Source: Tilletiaria anomala UBC 951 (Eukaryota). Taken from it: 64,000 nucleotides of DNA. The first letter of the stretch is position 1; the number at the start of each line of letters is the position of its first letter. This document shows positions 1 through 11,983 of the stretch, piece after piece. The notes below the pieces were generated by a model, which had not been told where the DNA came from, searched no databases, and was given only the letters and a program-made list of their open reading frames with translations. Both the position numbers and the translations under genes were made by a program. The stretch lies in assembly GCF_000711695.1 (NCBI RefSeq), contig NW_013547012.1, forward strand, positions 124,001 to 188,000, written 5' to 3'.

Positions 1-701
1 AGGTATCTGGCAAGTGTTTGCCGCTACTTGCAGTAATGCCGACTTTGACATTATTTGCCCGTGGGTTATTGTAGCCTGTAGTGCCATCCAGGATACTCGC
101 AAGAAGAGTCTCACAGCCTGAATACCAGGCCTCGCTTCGTGTAGGCTGTCGCGCATCTCGCGAGTCAAAGACTTCTCCTTCGATTGGTTTTCTTTCTTTC
201 TTTTCTGGCAATTTTAAAGGGCCTCAGTCTCCCTGACTCGGCCCTTTTCTTCTTGGCAGTTGGCCGGCCGGCGCCTCAAGAAATAGTCTCGAGAGTCGAG
301 TGAGACGACGGGGTCGCAGCGACGAGCCGACACTGAGGCCAAACCCGAAGGATGAAGGTCAGTAATTGAAAATGGAACAGCCGTGGATGGTCAATTGGGA
401 CTCTCATGGGCACACTAGCACACCTGTTTTTGTTCAACTTGCAAGTTCTCTGCGCCGCAGTCTCCAATCTCTGTAAATGACAGCAGGTCTCTCTGAGCCT
501 AACGCATCCAGGTGCACACCAGGTCCGCAGCTGCGTCACTGCTACAGGCTGCCACGTGTGTGACGGCTGTTCTGATCAGCGCGAGCACTGATTAGTACTT
601 CATTCGCCCACTACATTCTTCTTATAAGCCAACCCGGTAAAAGACTGCCCAGGAAATGGGAGAAGAATCAGGAGCACAGGCGGCAGTGACAACCTTCTAA
701 G

Positions 702-1310
702 CTACAAGACCAGGGACAAGTCGATCAACGTGTCTAATATGCACAGGTGGAGCTTATGTTTAACAACCATGTCTTTTCGAGCTTTTACTCGTCCTGCTCC
801 ACGTTGAATCTCGGCTCTTTGCACTCTGTAGACCGCCTCCTCTTTTTCCCGTGCACGGTCCGCGTGTGGTGCCTTTATCTCTGCTTCTTTGTCCGCGTAG
901 GAACGTATAGCATAGTGAGCAGAGCGGGGCGGCTGCCACTCGCACTCGCCGAAGCCGAGGCTCATGCTGTAGATCGCTAGCGGGAAGAGCGCGATGCCAA
1001 TGGCGATGTACAGGAGGGTGAGCACGCTGCTCTTCCTAGCCTGGAACAGCATGAACCCGCACTGCCTGTGGCTGCCTTTAGAGATAGCCAAGCGCGTCAG
1101 CGCGAGGCCCAAGCAGTGGTACGGGTGGTTGAGATGGTGCTTGGCGTGCTTCGCCCAGAGCGTCCCGAAATCGATGCACATGCAGACAACAATGAAGAAA
1201 ATGGCGGCCACCTGCGGTGCACGAAGCACGCTCACTGCCAGGCACGTCCGCTGTCCAAGTCTCTTCCGCCTGCCGAAAAAGGAAAGACGTTCGCGTACTC
1301 GGAGCGCCAT
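702..1310 (-). pseudogene. Degenerate cytochrome b561 domain, tandem paralog of the adjacent DOMON-b561 gene
   Basis: QVAAIFFIVVCMCIDFG...YHCLGLALTRLAISKG..QCGFMLFQARK..LLYIAIGIALFPLAIYSMSLGFG aligns colinearly with the b561 helices of the gene at 1440-2888 (about one-third identity by eye). Two expected heme-ligand His are Tyr (TAC), and another HR appears only in a shifted frame near 1215. Confidence 0.65.
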
Positions 1311-1439
1311 CCTATCAAAAAATTATCGATTTCGAGGTAAACACAAAGGAACCAATACACTACACCTCTATCTCGAAGGTCGAGCAGTTATCAGGCAGAC
1401 GCGTATTACGGCATTGCCGAATCGGAATCAAGGCGGAGG

Positions 1440-2888
1440 TCACGCCTTTCTGTCGTGCTGGCCGCCGACATCATCATTCGAATCGATCCGAATCGCAGCA
1501 CGCAGCTCCTGCGCCTTGCGGTCTGTCTTGAACTCGCGAGGGAGAAGGGCAAGTCCACATATGTACACGACACCGAGCAATGCTGCCCACGCGATGCACT
1601 GTGAGATGAGGGGAGCGAGCGGTGGTCAGACCGAGCCATGTCCTCGAATTGAGGGCTTACGCAGCGGAAAGACAACACGATGAGAGCGACTCACGACATA
1701 TTTTCCCGCTACCGATGGGTACCAGGGCACCCACAGGTCGAAACCCAATGCCATGTTCCACGGCGCAAGGCCGAAGAGGACGATTCCGATGATGATGTGC
1801 AGGTAGTTCTGTACGCGGATGCGCTTCGCATTCCAGAGCATGTGGCCGAACTGCCCCAAAAGCCCTTGGAAGACGGCGAGCATGGCAAGCACAAAGCCTA
1901 GCTTGTGGTGCCGCTGGCTAAAATCGACGCCACCCTCGCTCTTAACGATTGCAAAGCCCAAACCCATGGCAATCAGGATGAACGCGATCGAGACGGTCTG
2001 GACGATGCGGTGCTTGGGCAGCCACGTGAATGCCGTACGGCCGAATCGCGCAATAAAGATGCCAGCGGGCATAAGGATGAGCCATGCGACGATAGAAAGA
2101 ACCTGGGGAAGCAAGACGGGGCGTGGGGTCCTATGAGTCAGCATGTAGAGCTTGCATTTTGGGCCCATCTGATCAAGAACGCACCATGTGCGCAATGATG
2201 ATACTGTTGCGCATGCTCATGGTACGACTGGCTTTTGGAGCGCCCGAGGATGCATCGCTCGCTGTGATCGCACCGCCGGTGTACGGCTTGGTGAGGTCAA
2301 GCGTGATGAAGCCTCGGCTGGCGTGCTTGTAGATCGTTGCGCTCGTGTCTGCAGTAGCAGGTGCGTCGCTCGGGTTGACAGCCCAGATCATGTTGACCAT
2401 CTGCATGTTGCCACCCGCTTCCGGGAAGCCCGGTTGGGACCATGCAAACGTCGTGCCGCTCGACTGCGTCTTAGAAAGCGTCTTGTCAACGGTGAAGCGC
2501 TGCGCCTTGATGTTTTTCGTCGTCGGCATGATCTCACCCGCCGTAGTTCGCTGCGAGATCACGACGGTGTTATCCGTGTTTACCCAGCCGACCATCATGT
2601 TGCTCCCGGCCATCTGCTCCCCGGTTCCAATACCCATCCAACCTACTGCTTGGCCCGAGTTGAGGGTGTGCAGGGTGAAATTGGTGTGACCTGCATCCGA
2701 GTCGTAGATCGCTTGGAGCGTGAATCCATATTGCTGATGGGGAATGAGAGCTGCTCCGGTCAGCATGTGCACGCCTCGCTAGGAGGCAATGGGCAACGCA
2801 CCGACTGTGTAAATGAATCAGCGAAAACAGAAGCATGAGCTACACCGGCAGCTACGGCTAAAGCCGCGGCGGATCGCAAGAGACGCAT
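1440..2888 (-). CDS. Secreted DOMON (CDH-type cytochrome) plus cytochrome b561 membrane reductase, about 4 exons
   Basis: Signal peptide MRLLRSAAALAVAAGVAHA from ATG 2888. DOMON motifs GWMGIGTGEQMAGSNMMVGW and MIWA..IYKH supply the Met/His heme ligands. The b561 helices carry His in AHM, KHR, RHHKLG and LHI. GT-AG introns; last exon CIAWAALLG...HDRKA* with stop at 1440-1442. Confidence 0.85.
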
Positions 2889-3464
2889 ACCCTGTCGTGG
2901 GTCCGCTTGTATTCACCTATCGGAAGACGAGGAACCGCGAAAAGGGGGGAGTGAGTCGAGGCTTGGCGACTTACGGAGGCCTTTCGTGGCGGCTGGCTAG
3001 TCTCTGTAGAAACAATCACTTGTAGGCTAGTTCATCTGAAAGTTGGGGCGCCCGCGTGCGTAAAGGATGGGAGCGTGGTGGTCCGCGATATGATATGGAG
3101 GGAAGTGGAACAATAATACACCTGGACGACCAGCATTTATGGGATGGGCAGGCGGAGCGATGATAGCCCCTAGCGTCTTGGAAGCAGTCAGTTTGTCAGC
3201 ACTGAAGACAGTGAAATAGAATGCGCCAAACAACGAGTCTGCTAGGGCTTTAAATGCGGTGCAAGGTCATTTGCCGTCGTGTAACCAGGCTAGTCTGGCT
3301 TCAGCCCTCCCGAATCAGACCATGTAAATGTATTCAAGCCCAGCCGCTCAGAGTACACGGCTATCGACATGAATTTGTCGATTCATTCCATATAAAACGA
3401 TCCAATCTGGGTCCTACGTGCAGAATTGCCACAAAAGGCGACTGCCACAGCAGTGCCCTGCAGT

Positions 3465-4424
3465 TCAACGGCAGACAGGGGAGCCGGGTGCGGGGACGTT
3501 GTGCACGTTACCATTTGGCACCATGTTCCAGAACCAGGACGCTTTCGTCATTCTTGCGCGTTCCTCTGTCCCTTTTCGTGTGGAGACGTGACGATCGAAA
3601 GCAACAAGAAATGTCCGTGCGGTACATACTGAGTATACACGAGAGTGGTACGATAAACGAGGCGACAGGGCAGGTGTGAGCAATCACTGGTCACGCTTAC
3701 TGGCGCAGTAGACGGCAGGCAGTTAGCAGCTGCTGTTTGGTCTGTGGGTTGTGGGCTTGTGCCTCGCCGCAGGGCAGGACTTGGCACCATTCCAGAGATT
3801 GTGAAAAGTGGAGGTAACAAGAACACAAACATGTAATCCATTGCCCGGTGGATCGTGAATGCGGTGCAATGTATGTAAAAAATTTCCGATAATATTCTGG
3901 CAACTGCACAGGTTTTGGTAGCCGGCATTAAACTATGCAAGAGTCTTGGGCACGATTGTATCAATAGATGGTTATATATGCAGCGAGACGAGGGCATGAG
4001 GTCCGAGCTCGGGCTCGTACGACACTCCCTTCCGGGTGCGCTGTATATCATCCATACGACTGCAGTTTGTCGTACGGGCATACGAAGCACGAGGGCGTGC
4101 CCGCTGGAGACCTCTTATTTTTATTATAACGACGAGAGTTAGAGAGCAGAGCAGCGGCGAAGCATGAGTCGAAGCAGGGCGCTGAGTAGGGCGTATACAG
4201 ATGAGCCCAAACAAACATTTGTTTCCAGTCACTTTCTCACCACCCAACTCTCTCAAAGAACGAATTGATACCGGTGTACACCAGGTGTGACGCAGATGAT
4301 GAAGTCGGTACCCCCTGTGCGAGCAATACCAACGCCGAAAAAACGTGTTGGTATTATGCCCTCCAGGCCACAGATCATGGAGAACTAGGATAACCGTGGC
4401 AAATGAATGACGGCGCGATGACAA
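3465..4424 (-). mobile_element. Decayed Ty3/Gypsy pol fragment (RT core, thumb, start of RNase H)
   Basis: Colinear degenerate motifs across frameshifts: LWPGGHNTNTFFRR (cf. MPFGLTNAPATFQR), LRELGGEKVTGNKCLFG (cf. LREAGLxLxxxKCxFG), LPEYYRKFF (cf. LAGYYRKFI), LEW...KQQLLTACRLL (cf. FxW...LKxxLxTAPxL). Confidence 0.6.
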
Positions 4425-4870
4425 TCATCTACCACTAGTATTGCGTGAACAACGGATGAACCACTTTGCTCGGCACAACGCTAGCTCAAGCAGACTAGAG
4501 CATCGAGCTGGTGCAGGCGCGTAGCTTGTGTTGCAGTTCGCCGTCCGCCGCGATATATTATGAACACATCGAAAGGGAAGATGCAAGAACCTGGGCGATG
4601 AGAAGGGCGCACTAGGTGTATTGGTCGTGCTTGATCTACACATGTACGTTGTCGGCAAGGAGGCACGATCCCGGATGCAGTGTGCTGAAAGAAATAAAGC
4701 TCGTAGTACAAGTACAACAGCGAGGCGCCTGAGACGTTGGGTGTCGGCGACATATGCACCCCATTCCGCTGACGACTTGCAACAGAAAGAGCGAAGGAGG
4801 AGGACGCTGGAATCAAGGAGCCTTGTGCTTGGATTCATGTTCCTTTTCAGCCGGTTTATTGCACGAGCTC

Positions 4871-5854
4871 TCAGATTCCGGTCCCAACAAAGACATGGTC
4901 GCCAAGTTCGAGCATCCCCTGCTTGGTCTCGAGGATCGCACGCACTTCCTCGGGCGGGTCGTCTCCGAGCGCTTTGGCGCGGTGCCATCGCTGCAAGCGT
5001 GTCATGCCAATCGCGGGGCCGTAGCTGCAGGCAGTTGGGTTATGAGTTCGTAGAAGGGTTTGGATCGGGAGATGTTGCGGTTCGCAGCGGGGCAGGGGGA
5101 GCCGCAGATGTGGGTGATGGTCGGTGCAAAGGCATCGTCAGGGCGTTTCAAGGACATGTGCAGGAGAACGTACACGGGGAAAGGATAGTATCAGTGGAAA
5201 ATCCGTAAATGTCCCCATTCGGGGGAGCCTGACAATGTCAGGCGCATATATCCCGCAGTGCGCAGAGACAGGTGAACACTCACGCAGGATCCAGATCAAA
5301 CGTCCTTAGCATGTGATGAATGCGATTCTGACCTTCTGTGTGGACTGCAAGCAAAGGAATATCGACCTGTTAGAACTAGGAGCCTTGCTATGGGGCCAGC
5401 CAAAGGGAGATGATCGGCGAGTTTGCTCACTCGGCTGAATCTTCGGCAAGCCCATCTTTTCCTGCGTCGCATCCCAATATGCATCCCACGCCGGGTCCTT
5501 CACGTCCAAGTCGGGCCTATCTTTGATGATGTCTAGCTCCTCTTTCGAGTACTCTCTTACGCTGTCACAATTTCCGACGCTGGCGCGCAAATCTGCAGCG
5601 CTCGGAGAGCGTTTGGTACTGTTGCTGCTTGTACGCGAGGTACCACCTTCTGAGAGTGCGGCAACGCCTAAGCTGGGCCGTGCTGCGCCACCGTCCTTCT
5701 TGTTAATGTTACCGCTGCCTACCGCTGCGGAGCAGATGCTGGAGGCCGTAGCTGCACGCTTCGGCTTTCCCTTGGCTGCAAACGCATTGCTCGAGGAAGA
5801 CCTGCGAGCTTTGGCTCCGCCGCCCCCAGTGCTACTCCTAACTTTAGGTGGCAT
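4871..5854 (-). CDS. POLD4: DNA polymerase delta subunit 4 (p12/Cdm1 family), 3 exons
   Basis: Basic disordered N-terminus followed by spliced HTEGQNRIHHMLRTFDLDPA|YGPAIGMTRLQRWHRAKALGDDPPEEVRAIL, which matches the Pol delta-4 signature (LRxFD..YGP..G.TRL.RW.RA..LG..PP). Stop at 4871-4873. Confidence 0.9.
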
Positions 5855-6090
5855 GTTGATGTAACCTTTTGGACTTCTTCAGCTCCGTATACTCCCCTCG
5901 CGTAGCTTTTTCGATGCGGCAGATAGGAGATATTACGAGACGATCAAGTGTCATGTGGGCCACATCTTGTCGGATGATGGACGATGTGAGGATGGGTTGT
6001 GAGAGGGTGTTGTAGGCTTATAGCATTCAACGCGAATGAGTGCGCCCGATTAGAGACTGCTTTGACATTTGTGAGGCCGTGGCGCGCATG

Positions 6091-6096
6091 ACGCGT
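6091..6096. promoter_or_regulatory. MCB-like element ACGCGT in the divergent POLD4 / CDF promoter
   Basis: Exact ACGCGT about 240 nt upstream of a DNA replication gene. The motif is short and could be chance in GC-rich DNA. Confidence 0.3.
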
Positions 6097-6556
6097 GCCA
6101 TCCATTGCACCGAATATGAGCGCTGGATGCTTTGTTGTCACGGGGGTTTCCCTTTTTCCTTTCGCGCTTTGGCCGCACGCGCTGCGCGCCCAGCTGCCTG
6201 TGCGTTGATGAGGAACACAGCTGTGGTGCCTGCAAGTGATGAGGGAGGGCAGACAAAAAGGAAGATGGCGCCGCGCTCTCAGTCAGTCTTTGTGTACGCT
6301 GGGGGGGGGGGGGACTCGAAGTGGACCATAGCGGTGGCCAGGTAGCAACAGAGGGGATAAACATTGCTGAATGCTCGTGAACAGACTGGGATCGCCGCTG
6401 CACCCCGTAGGTCACCAGGCAAGGATATATCCAGCGCTCATCGACAGTGCAGACCGCGCCGGCGTGGAAGCGTGCGTGGGAACGAGTGTGCGCTGCTGCT
6501 CCCACATCCTTCACTTTCCTTCGCCTTGGCTGGGGTGTGACCGAAATAGGTAGATC

Positions 6557-9500
6557 ATGTCGCAGCCAAGCACCACGGACCAGCACGTCGGCGACGTCCT
6601 TGCTCGCCCATCGGCAGGGGCAGCGGCTGGCGCTGGAGAACCTATCGCTGCAGCTTCCAGCAACACACAGTCCACGTCTTCGTCCCCAAGTTCGGCCCAA
6701 CCGATCCTGAGCACAAGGCTGACCGGGGCCAGTCCCAAGAAGGCGCCGCCAGCTGGCAAGAAGAAACATAAATCTGTCAAGAGCCTGACGCGTGAATACG
6801 AGACACATAACGTGTCTCCTTCGTCCTCTTTCACATCCTTTCCTTCTATCCCCAGCTCGGCGGACGTCTCGTCCTCTTCATCTGGCTTGACGCCACCGAA
6901 GGCTTCTGCTGCTTCCTTGCAGGGGCAGCAAGCGAGAGATCGGGCCAGCTCGCACGGCTCTCTCACCGCCAGTGGTCAGCACGCTCACCAAGCGTCCGTA
7001 TTGCTCGCCAGTCCATCTTATCCAAGTACCCTGAACATAGAAGACCCGCGACCGCGCACGCTGAGCGCCAGCTCCACTTCATCTTACTCGGCACAGCAGC
7101 ACGGCCGCAGTGCTTCCTCGGTCCGTCTGGCGAGTCCAAGCTACCCGTCTTCGTTCTTGCCGCCTGAACGGCAGAGTTCTTCCGGCACAAATACGGGCAG
7201 CGGCAGCAGCATGACTACGCAGATAGCGACGACAGCAGGGGTACCCTCCTCATCGCGAGAGACTCACCCGTTGAAGATGCACAGGCGCAAACAGAGCAAA
7301 GAAAAGGCTGAACGGGAGCGCCAGGAGCAGGAGCGTTTGAAACGTCACCAGCCCCAGCATGGAGGAGAGAGTAGCGAGCCCAGCGGTCTTCCGATAGTGT
7401 CCATCTCAACAGATGACCTGTCCAGCGCGCAGGTGCAAACAGAACTCGAAGACGACGAGCTGTACGAAGACATGGATGCTGTCGGCGAGCTTGGCACCTC
7501 CTCATCTTCGTCCCTGGCGAACGGCCTTTCCTCCAGCAATGGCGACTCGCACAAGCCATTCGCGCAAATGACGCCAGCAGAACGGCGAGAGCACTCCCGC
7601 AGACACTCACGCGTACACGAGAGGAATCTGTCTGCTTTCTTCCCGCAACCCGGCACCGAGGCGGAAGAGGAAGCGGATCAAGCAAAAGCTAAGGCTGCCT
7701 ACGCAGCTGTGGGCGCAGGTCCTGATCCCATCAAGGAAGCGGGCCGACCAGCGATCAACATATCCTCCTCCCCGGATTTACTCCGAGTCGCACCCTCGAT
7801 GGATCGGCGTAACTCTTCAAATACAAGCAGCATTGGCAGCTTCATAAGTATTTCGCCTGCTTCGGATATGGAGCTTAGTCCCAGCAAGAGCAAGAGGGGT
7901 CACCACCACAGGCACTCAGTCAGCTTTGCGGCATATGACCAGCAGCCATCTGCGACTGACACCGCGATGTACCTCAGCAAAAGCCACTCGCATGATCACC
8001 ACGAGCGCATGCAAGGGTCTCATGATCATCACCATCGCCATCACGACCACGATCACGGTCATGGTCACGAGCATGGGCAGGCGCATGCTGTAGAAGCGCT
8101 CAACTCGCCGGGCAAGCTTATGCAGCATCTACCGACCTTGCCTGCCTCCGCGCGGCCACGCTTCCTCTTCGGCTCGCTGAATTTTGGGCTTGGCGCGGCG
8201 CTGTGGGTGGCGGGGCAAGCGGGCGATTCGCTTGCCGTCACCGGCTTGGGCTATCTTGTCGTCTTTGATGCTTTCGGCGTGCTCAGCGAGGTCGGGTCCA
8301 GGATGGCGCAGGAGAGCTGGCGCCAAGAGCTGGATCGGCGATACAGAAGCGGCGGGAAGATGATGCGTGGGCACACGTCCGTCGAGCAGATCCGCCGACC
8401 GTATGGCCCGCATCGCTTCGAGACGATCTTGCACTTCTCCCAGTCGATCTACCTGCTGTTCTCGGCGATTTACGTGCTGAAAGAGTCGATCGAACATGCG
8501 CTGCTCGAAGGAAGCGAGGAGCACGAAGAGGCGGATGTCGGACTGGTGCTCCCGACTTGGTTGTTGCTGCTTGCTACGGCTGTGTGCATCTTCTCTAACG
8601 TCGTGCTCAAGAACCATGCCAAGCTCGTCGCCGCATGCGGCATCTCCACCGCCGCGTCCGCCGCGCAGAGTATGTACTCTGGTGGCCGCGGCGGTGGACA
8701 CCACGCGCGTCGTACGTCTGTTCTGACGAGCCCGACGACAATCGCCGGTCCTTTCCTCGGCCTTTTCGCCAATCCGTTCAGCTTGACCGTCCTCTTCTTC
8801 TCAGCCAGTCTGCTCTTCTCGGCAGTGTTCATGCCCCCGTTCCAGGTCGCAGCGTTGGACAAGGTGCTGGCAGGGCTAGAGAGCCTCAGTATGTTCTGCA
8901 TCGCTTACCCTGCATCTAAGGCGCTCGGCCTCGTCTTGCTGCAAACAGCGCCGCCACCGGATTCACCGCAGTATGTGCAGCTGATCAAGGCATTGCAGAG
9001 GGTGAGTGTATGGTGCGAACCCTAGAAGTGCTGGGCCCAGACTTTAGACCACTGACGGGTTGCCTGCCTTTTCCACCTCCTTGATCCGCTTCAGCTCGAA
9101 GAGGAGCCACTCGTGACATACATTGCACCACCGCGGATATGGCAGCTGACGCCGTCGACATCAGCCGTGACCTCGAGCGACGGCGCCTCTCCACGCAAGC
9201 ACAACTCGTTTGCCAACCTCACACAATCGACGTCCCGTGCCCCGGCACTCATCGCCAACGTGCAAATCTTCCTCAAGAGCGAAGCGAGTGACGCAGAGCT
9301 GCACGACTTGACGCGTAAAGCGTGGGAGCGGCTCGCACCGAGTGTGGGTGCCGTGGCTGGCCTGCGGGCCGGAGAGAGCTTGCGGGGCGGAATGCGTGCG
9401 GGCGAAATTGTCATCCAGGTTGAGCGCGAAGGCAAAAAGGAATACGTTATGCAGCACCATACTCATGCACATGCCAGCGATCATCACCATCACCATCATG

Positions 9501-9754
9501 GCCATGGACACAGCCACACAAACGACCATAGCCATGGTCACGATCACGATCACGATCATCACCAACATGAGCACCACGGCCATGCTCACAGCCATGTCCC
9601 CGATATTTCACATTCTCACTCACAAGGCATTGGGAATGGCAACGGCCACTCGCACGGCCATGCCCATTCGCATGCTAGCCATGCACACGCATCCGACGCA
9701 AGCAACCACGCAACGCATGCCCATGTAGGTTCGCATCACCACCACCATCATTGA
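6557..9754 (+). CDS. Cation diffusion facilitator (CDF) zinc transporter subunit, Zrg17-like, His-rich; 2 exons (intron ~9002-9093)
   Basis: Long Ser-rich N-terminus with HHHRHS. TM region with GLGYLVVFDAFG and RPYGPHRFETILHFSQSIYLLFSAIYVLKESIEH, then LGLVLLQTAP. Extremely His-rich C-terminal tail. Confidence 0.8.
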
Positions 9755-9820
9755 ATCGATGACCCTTTGCATACAAAACAGATGATCGTGACGTTGGCTG
9801 GCGTGCTGTTTCACTTTCAG

Positions 9821-11137
9821 TTAGTAGCTCTTACCAGGCGCGACGGGATGTGAGGCAGATAGGCCGCCGCATACGGGAAGGGCGACTCCGTTCACGTAGG
9901 ACGCCTCATCCGAACTGAGAAAGATGACTGCGTTTGCGATCTGCGAAAAACAAAGAAAGGATTGTCAGCTGGGTCTGTGTCGTTGTCCAAGAGGAAGCCT
10001 GAGCGCAATAGTCACCTCTTGAGCAACTCCATAGCGCCGTAGCGGATTCAGCTGGCCGATGCGGCCTTCCGTGCCTCTTCCCCGTGCCGTTTCGAAGACC
10101 AGCTCCGTCATGCCGGTCTTGGTTGGGGAATAAGAGGGGATCAGCCACAGATTGATTACAAGGTAGGAAGGCGGCTGCGTCGTCAGATTAGACGACACTA
10201 ACTTCGATCAGGCCTGGGCAGACGGCATTGACGCGGATGTTGGTGCCGCTGAGCTGCCACGCGCCTGTCTGTGCTATTGAGATGACAGCAGCCTTGGACG
10301 CTGAGTAGTCGATGAAACCCGCGCCAGAGCGCAAGCCGGCGACAGAGGCGGTCAGGACGATCGATCCCCCGGACTGGGCTTTAGATGCGGAGGTGCGCTT
10401 CATGGCTTCGGAAGCGTGCTTGACGGCGAGGTAGCAGCTGATTGTGTTGATGCGCAGAACCTCCTTCACATCTTCTGCCTCGGTCGACTCGAGCGGGTGG
10501 AATGGGCCGATGCCGGCGTTCGCGAAGAAGATGTCGAGTTGGCCCTCATCCCTCACTGCTCTCTGCACCAATCCCACCACTGACTTCTCGTCTCCGGCAT
10601 CGGCCTGGATGACATCTACCTACGGAAATAGGAGATACATCTTCAGATTGCAGATTTCAGGGTCCAGGCGCAAAAGTACCCACAGCGACATCCGGGTACA
10701 GCTTGTTCAGCCAGCTCTTGAGCTCGGCGAGGTTGTCGTCTGCGTAATCTGAGCAGTACAAGTGCTTGACGCCTGGAAATTCCAATCAGCAAGGATCAGC
10801 GTACGAAAACAGTCTCTAATCCTTCACCGGTTCCGCTTGTTCACCCTCGTGAGCGAAGAGTCGTGCTGTGGCCCGCCTGCGATGAAAGAGAGGTGCGAGG
10901 GGAGGGAAGCGTTCAGCTCAAGCGAGATGATGAGCATGCAACGGCACAGACAGGGCTAGCAGCCAGAGCTCACCCAATTCCTGCCAGACTGTTGCACCCG
11001 GTGACAATGGCGACCTTGCCTTCGAGCCGCTTGGTACGCGCCTTCGTGTCCAGGTGGGAGCGAATGGCCTTGACGCGTGCGAGCGTCCGTTGGAGTGCCG
11101 CGTCGTCGGACGCATGTGTCTTACCCGCGCCTGCCAT
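9821..11137 (-). CDS. Short-chain dehydrogenase/reductase (classical SDR), multi-exon, with N-terminal PTS2
   Basis: [19 protein letters not shown] (Rossmann fold), FFANAG, catalytic [18 protein letters not shown], and last exon [39 protein letters not shown]. Confidence 0.9.
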
Positions 11138-11459
11138 CTTGTCGTCACTTGCGTGTCTTTCGAAAGCAGGCGCCTGGGGTTCTCCGTAAGGGCCGGGATC
11201 GATGGGTCTGATGCAACAAACACAAGGTACTCATGGTCGGCGGATGACCTGGCATTCGAAAAGGGGGTGGGGTAGAGCAAGAGATCTACGCGCTCGCGGC
11301 ACCTACAATCTCGACCCGGCAATCGGATTAAGCCGGTGGCCGAAGCCTCGACAAACTGAGCACGCGTGATGCTGCCAAATGAGAGCCCCGCCAATACTCA
11401 ACACAGCCTTGTAGGTTTGCTAGCTCTAGCAACACCACTGATGTGCTGCTTTTGATTGC

Positions 11460-11700
11460 TTGATCGCCACCATTCAGATATTCAATTCATTTCCCTTCCC
11501 CCTTCTCGGGGAAGCGGCGTCGTCGCCTTTAGCTGGAACCAGGAGGCAAGCTCGCAGCTACATGACGGCTGTGGTGTCATCGAGCCGTGTTCGTGCCGTT
11601 ATGAAGAGGCAACATTGACTGTATTGCTCACGATGTGCCGACCAAGAATATGCCATGCCCTGTTTCATCAATTGGCCCTCCGTTGCAATACTTCATGTAC
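11460..11700 (+). mobile_element. Possible decayed Ty3/Gypsy RT N-terminal fragment
   Basis: ISLPPSRGS...QLHDGCGVIEPCSCRYEEATLTVLLTMCRPRICHALFHQL resembles PIxxPPYRxS...ELLDxGVIEPSxSPYASPVLLVxKxDGxPRLCIDYRxL. Confidence 0.4.
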
Positions 11701-11983
11701 ACCCCAGGCTGCGGGCTTGATTTAGTTGATGTAAGTGTATGTGTCTCCATTCCGGTCAGGTCAACGATGCAGTAGAGCTACACGATGAAGGAATGCCCTA
11801 ATGAATGATAAAATTAAAAGAGTGTAATAGGGTAGGATTTCAACGTAGGTATACGTGCCTTGATGGATGGTTCCTGTTGTAGAGCGTCCACAGAATCAGC
11901 TGGTGTTGACTCCTCCATTTCTTTTATCCCGCTAGAAGGCAGACGAGCAGTCGCGCGGGCGATGCCGGTGTGATGAAAGTGTA

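Noticed and set aside
260..450. PQEIVS and GQTRRM integrase-like words
   Set aside because: Spacing is much shorter than canonical; kept only as a weak part of the overall relic pattern.
3426..3632. Cys-rich short ORF resembling a secreted effector
   Set aside because: No ATG or signal peptide found, and it overlaps the minus-strand retroelement relic.
6301..6313. Poly-G run (also at ~45287-45296)
   Set aside because: Simple homopolymers with no further supporting structure.
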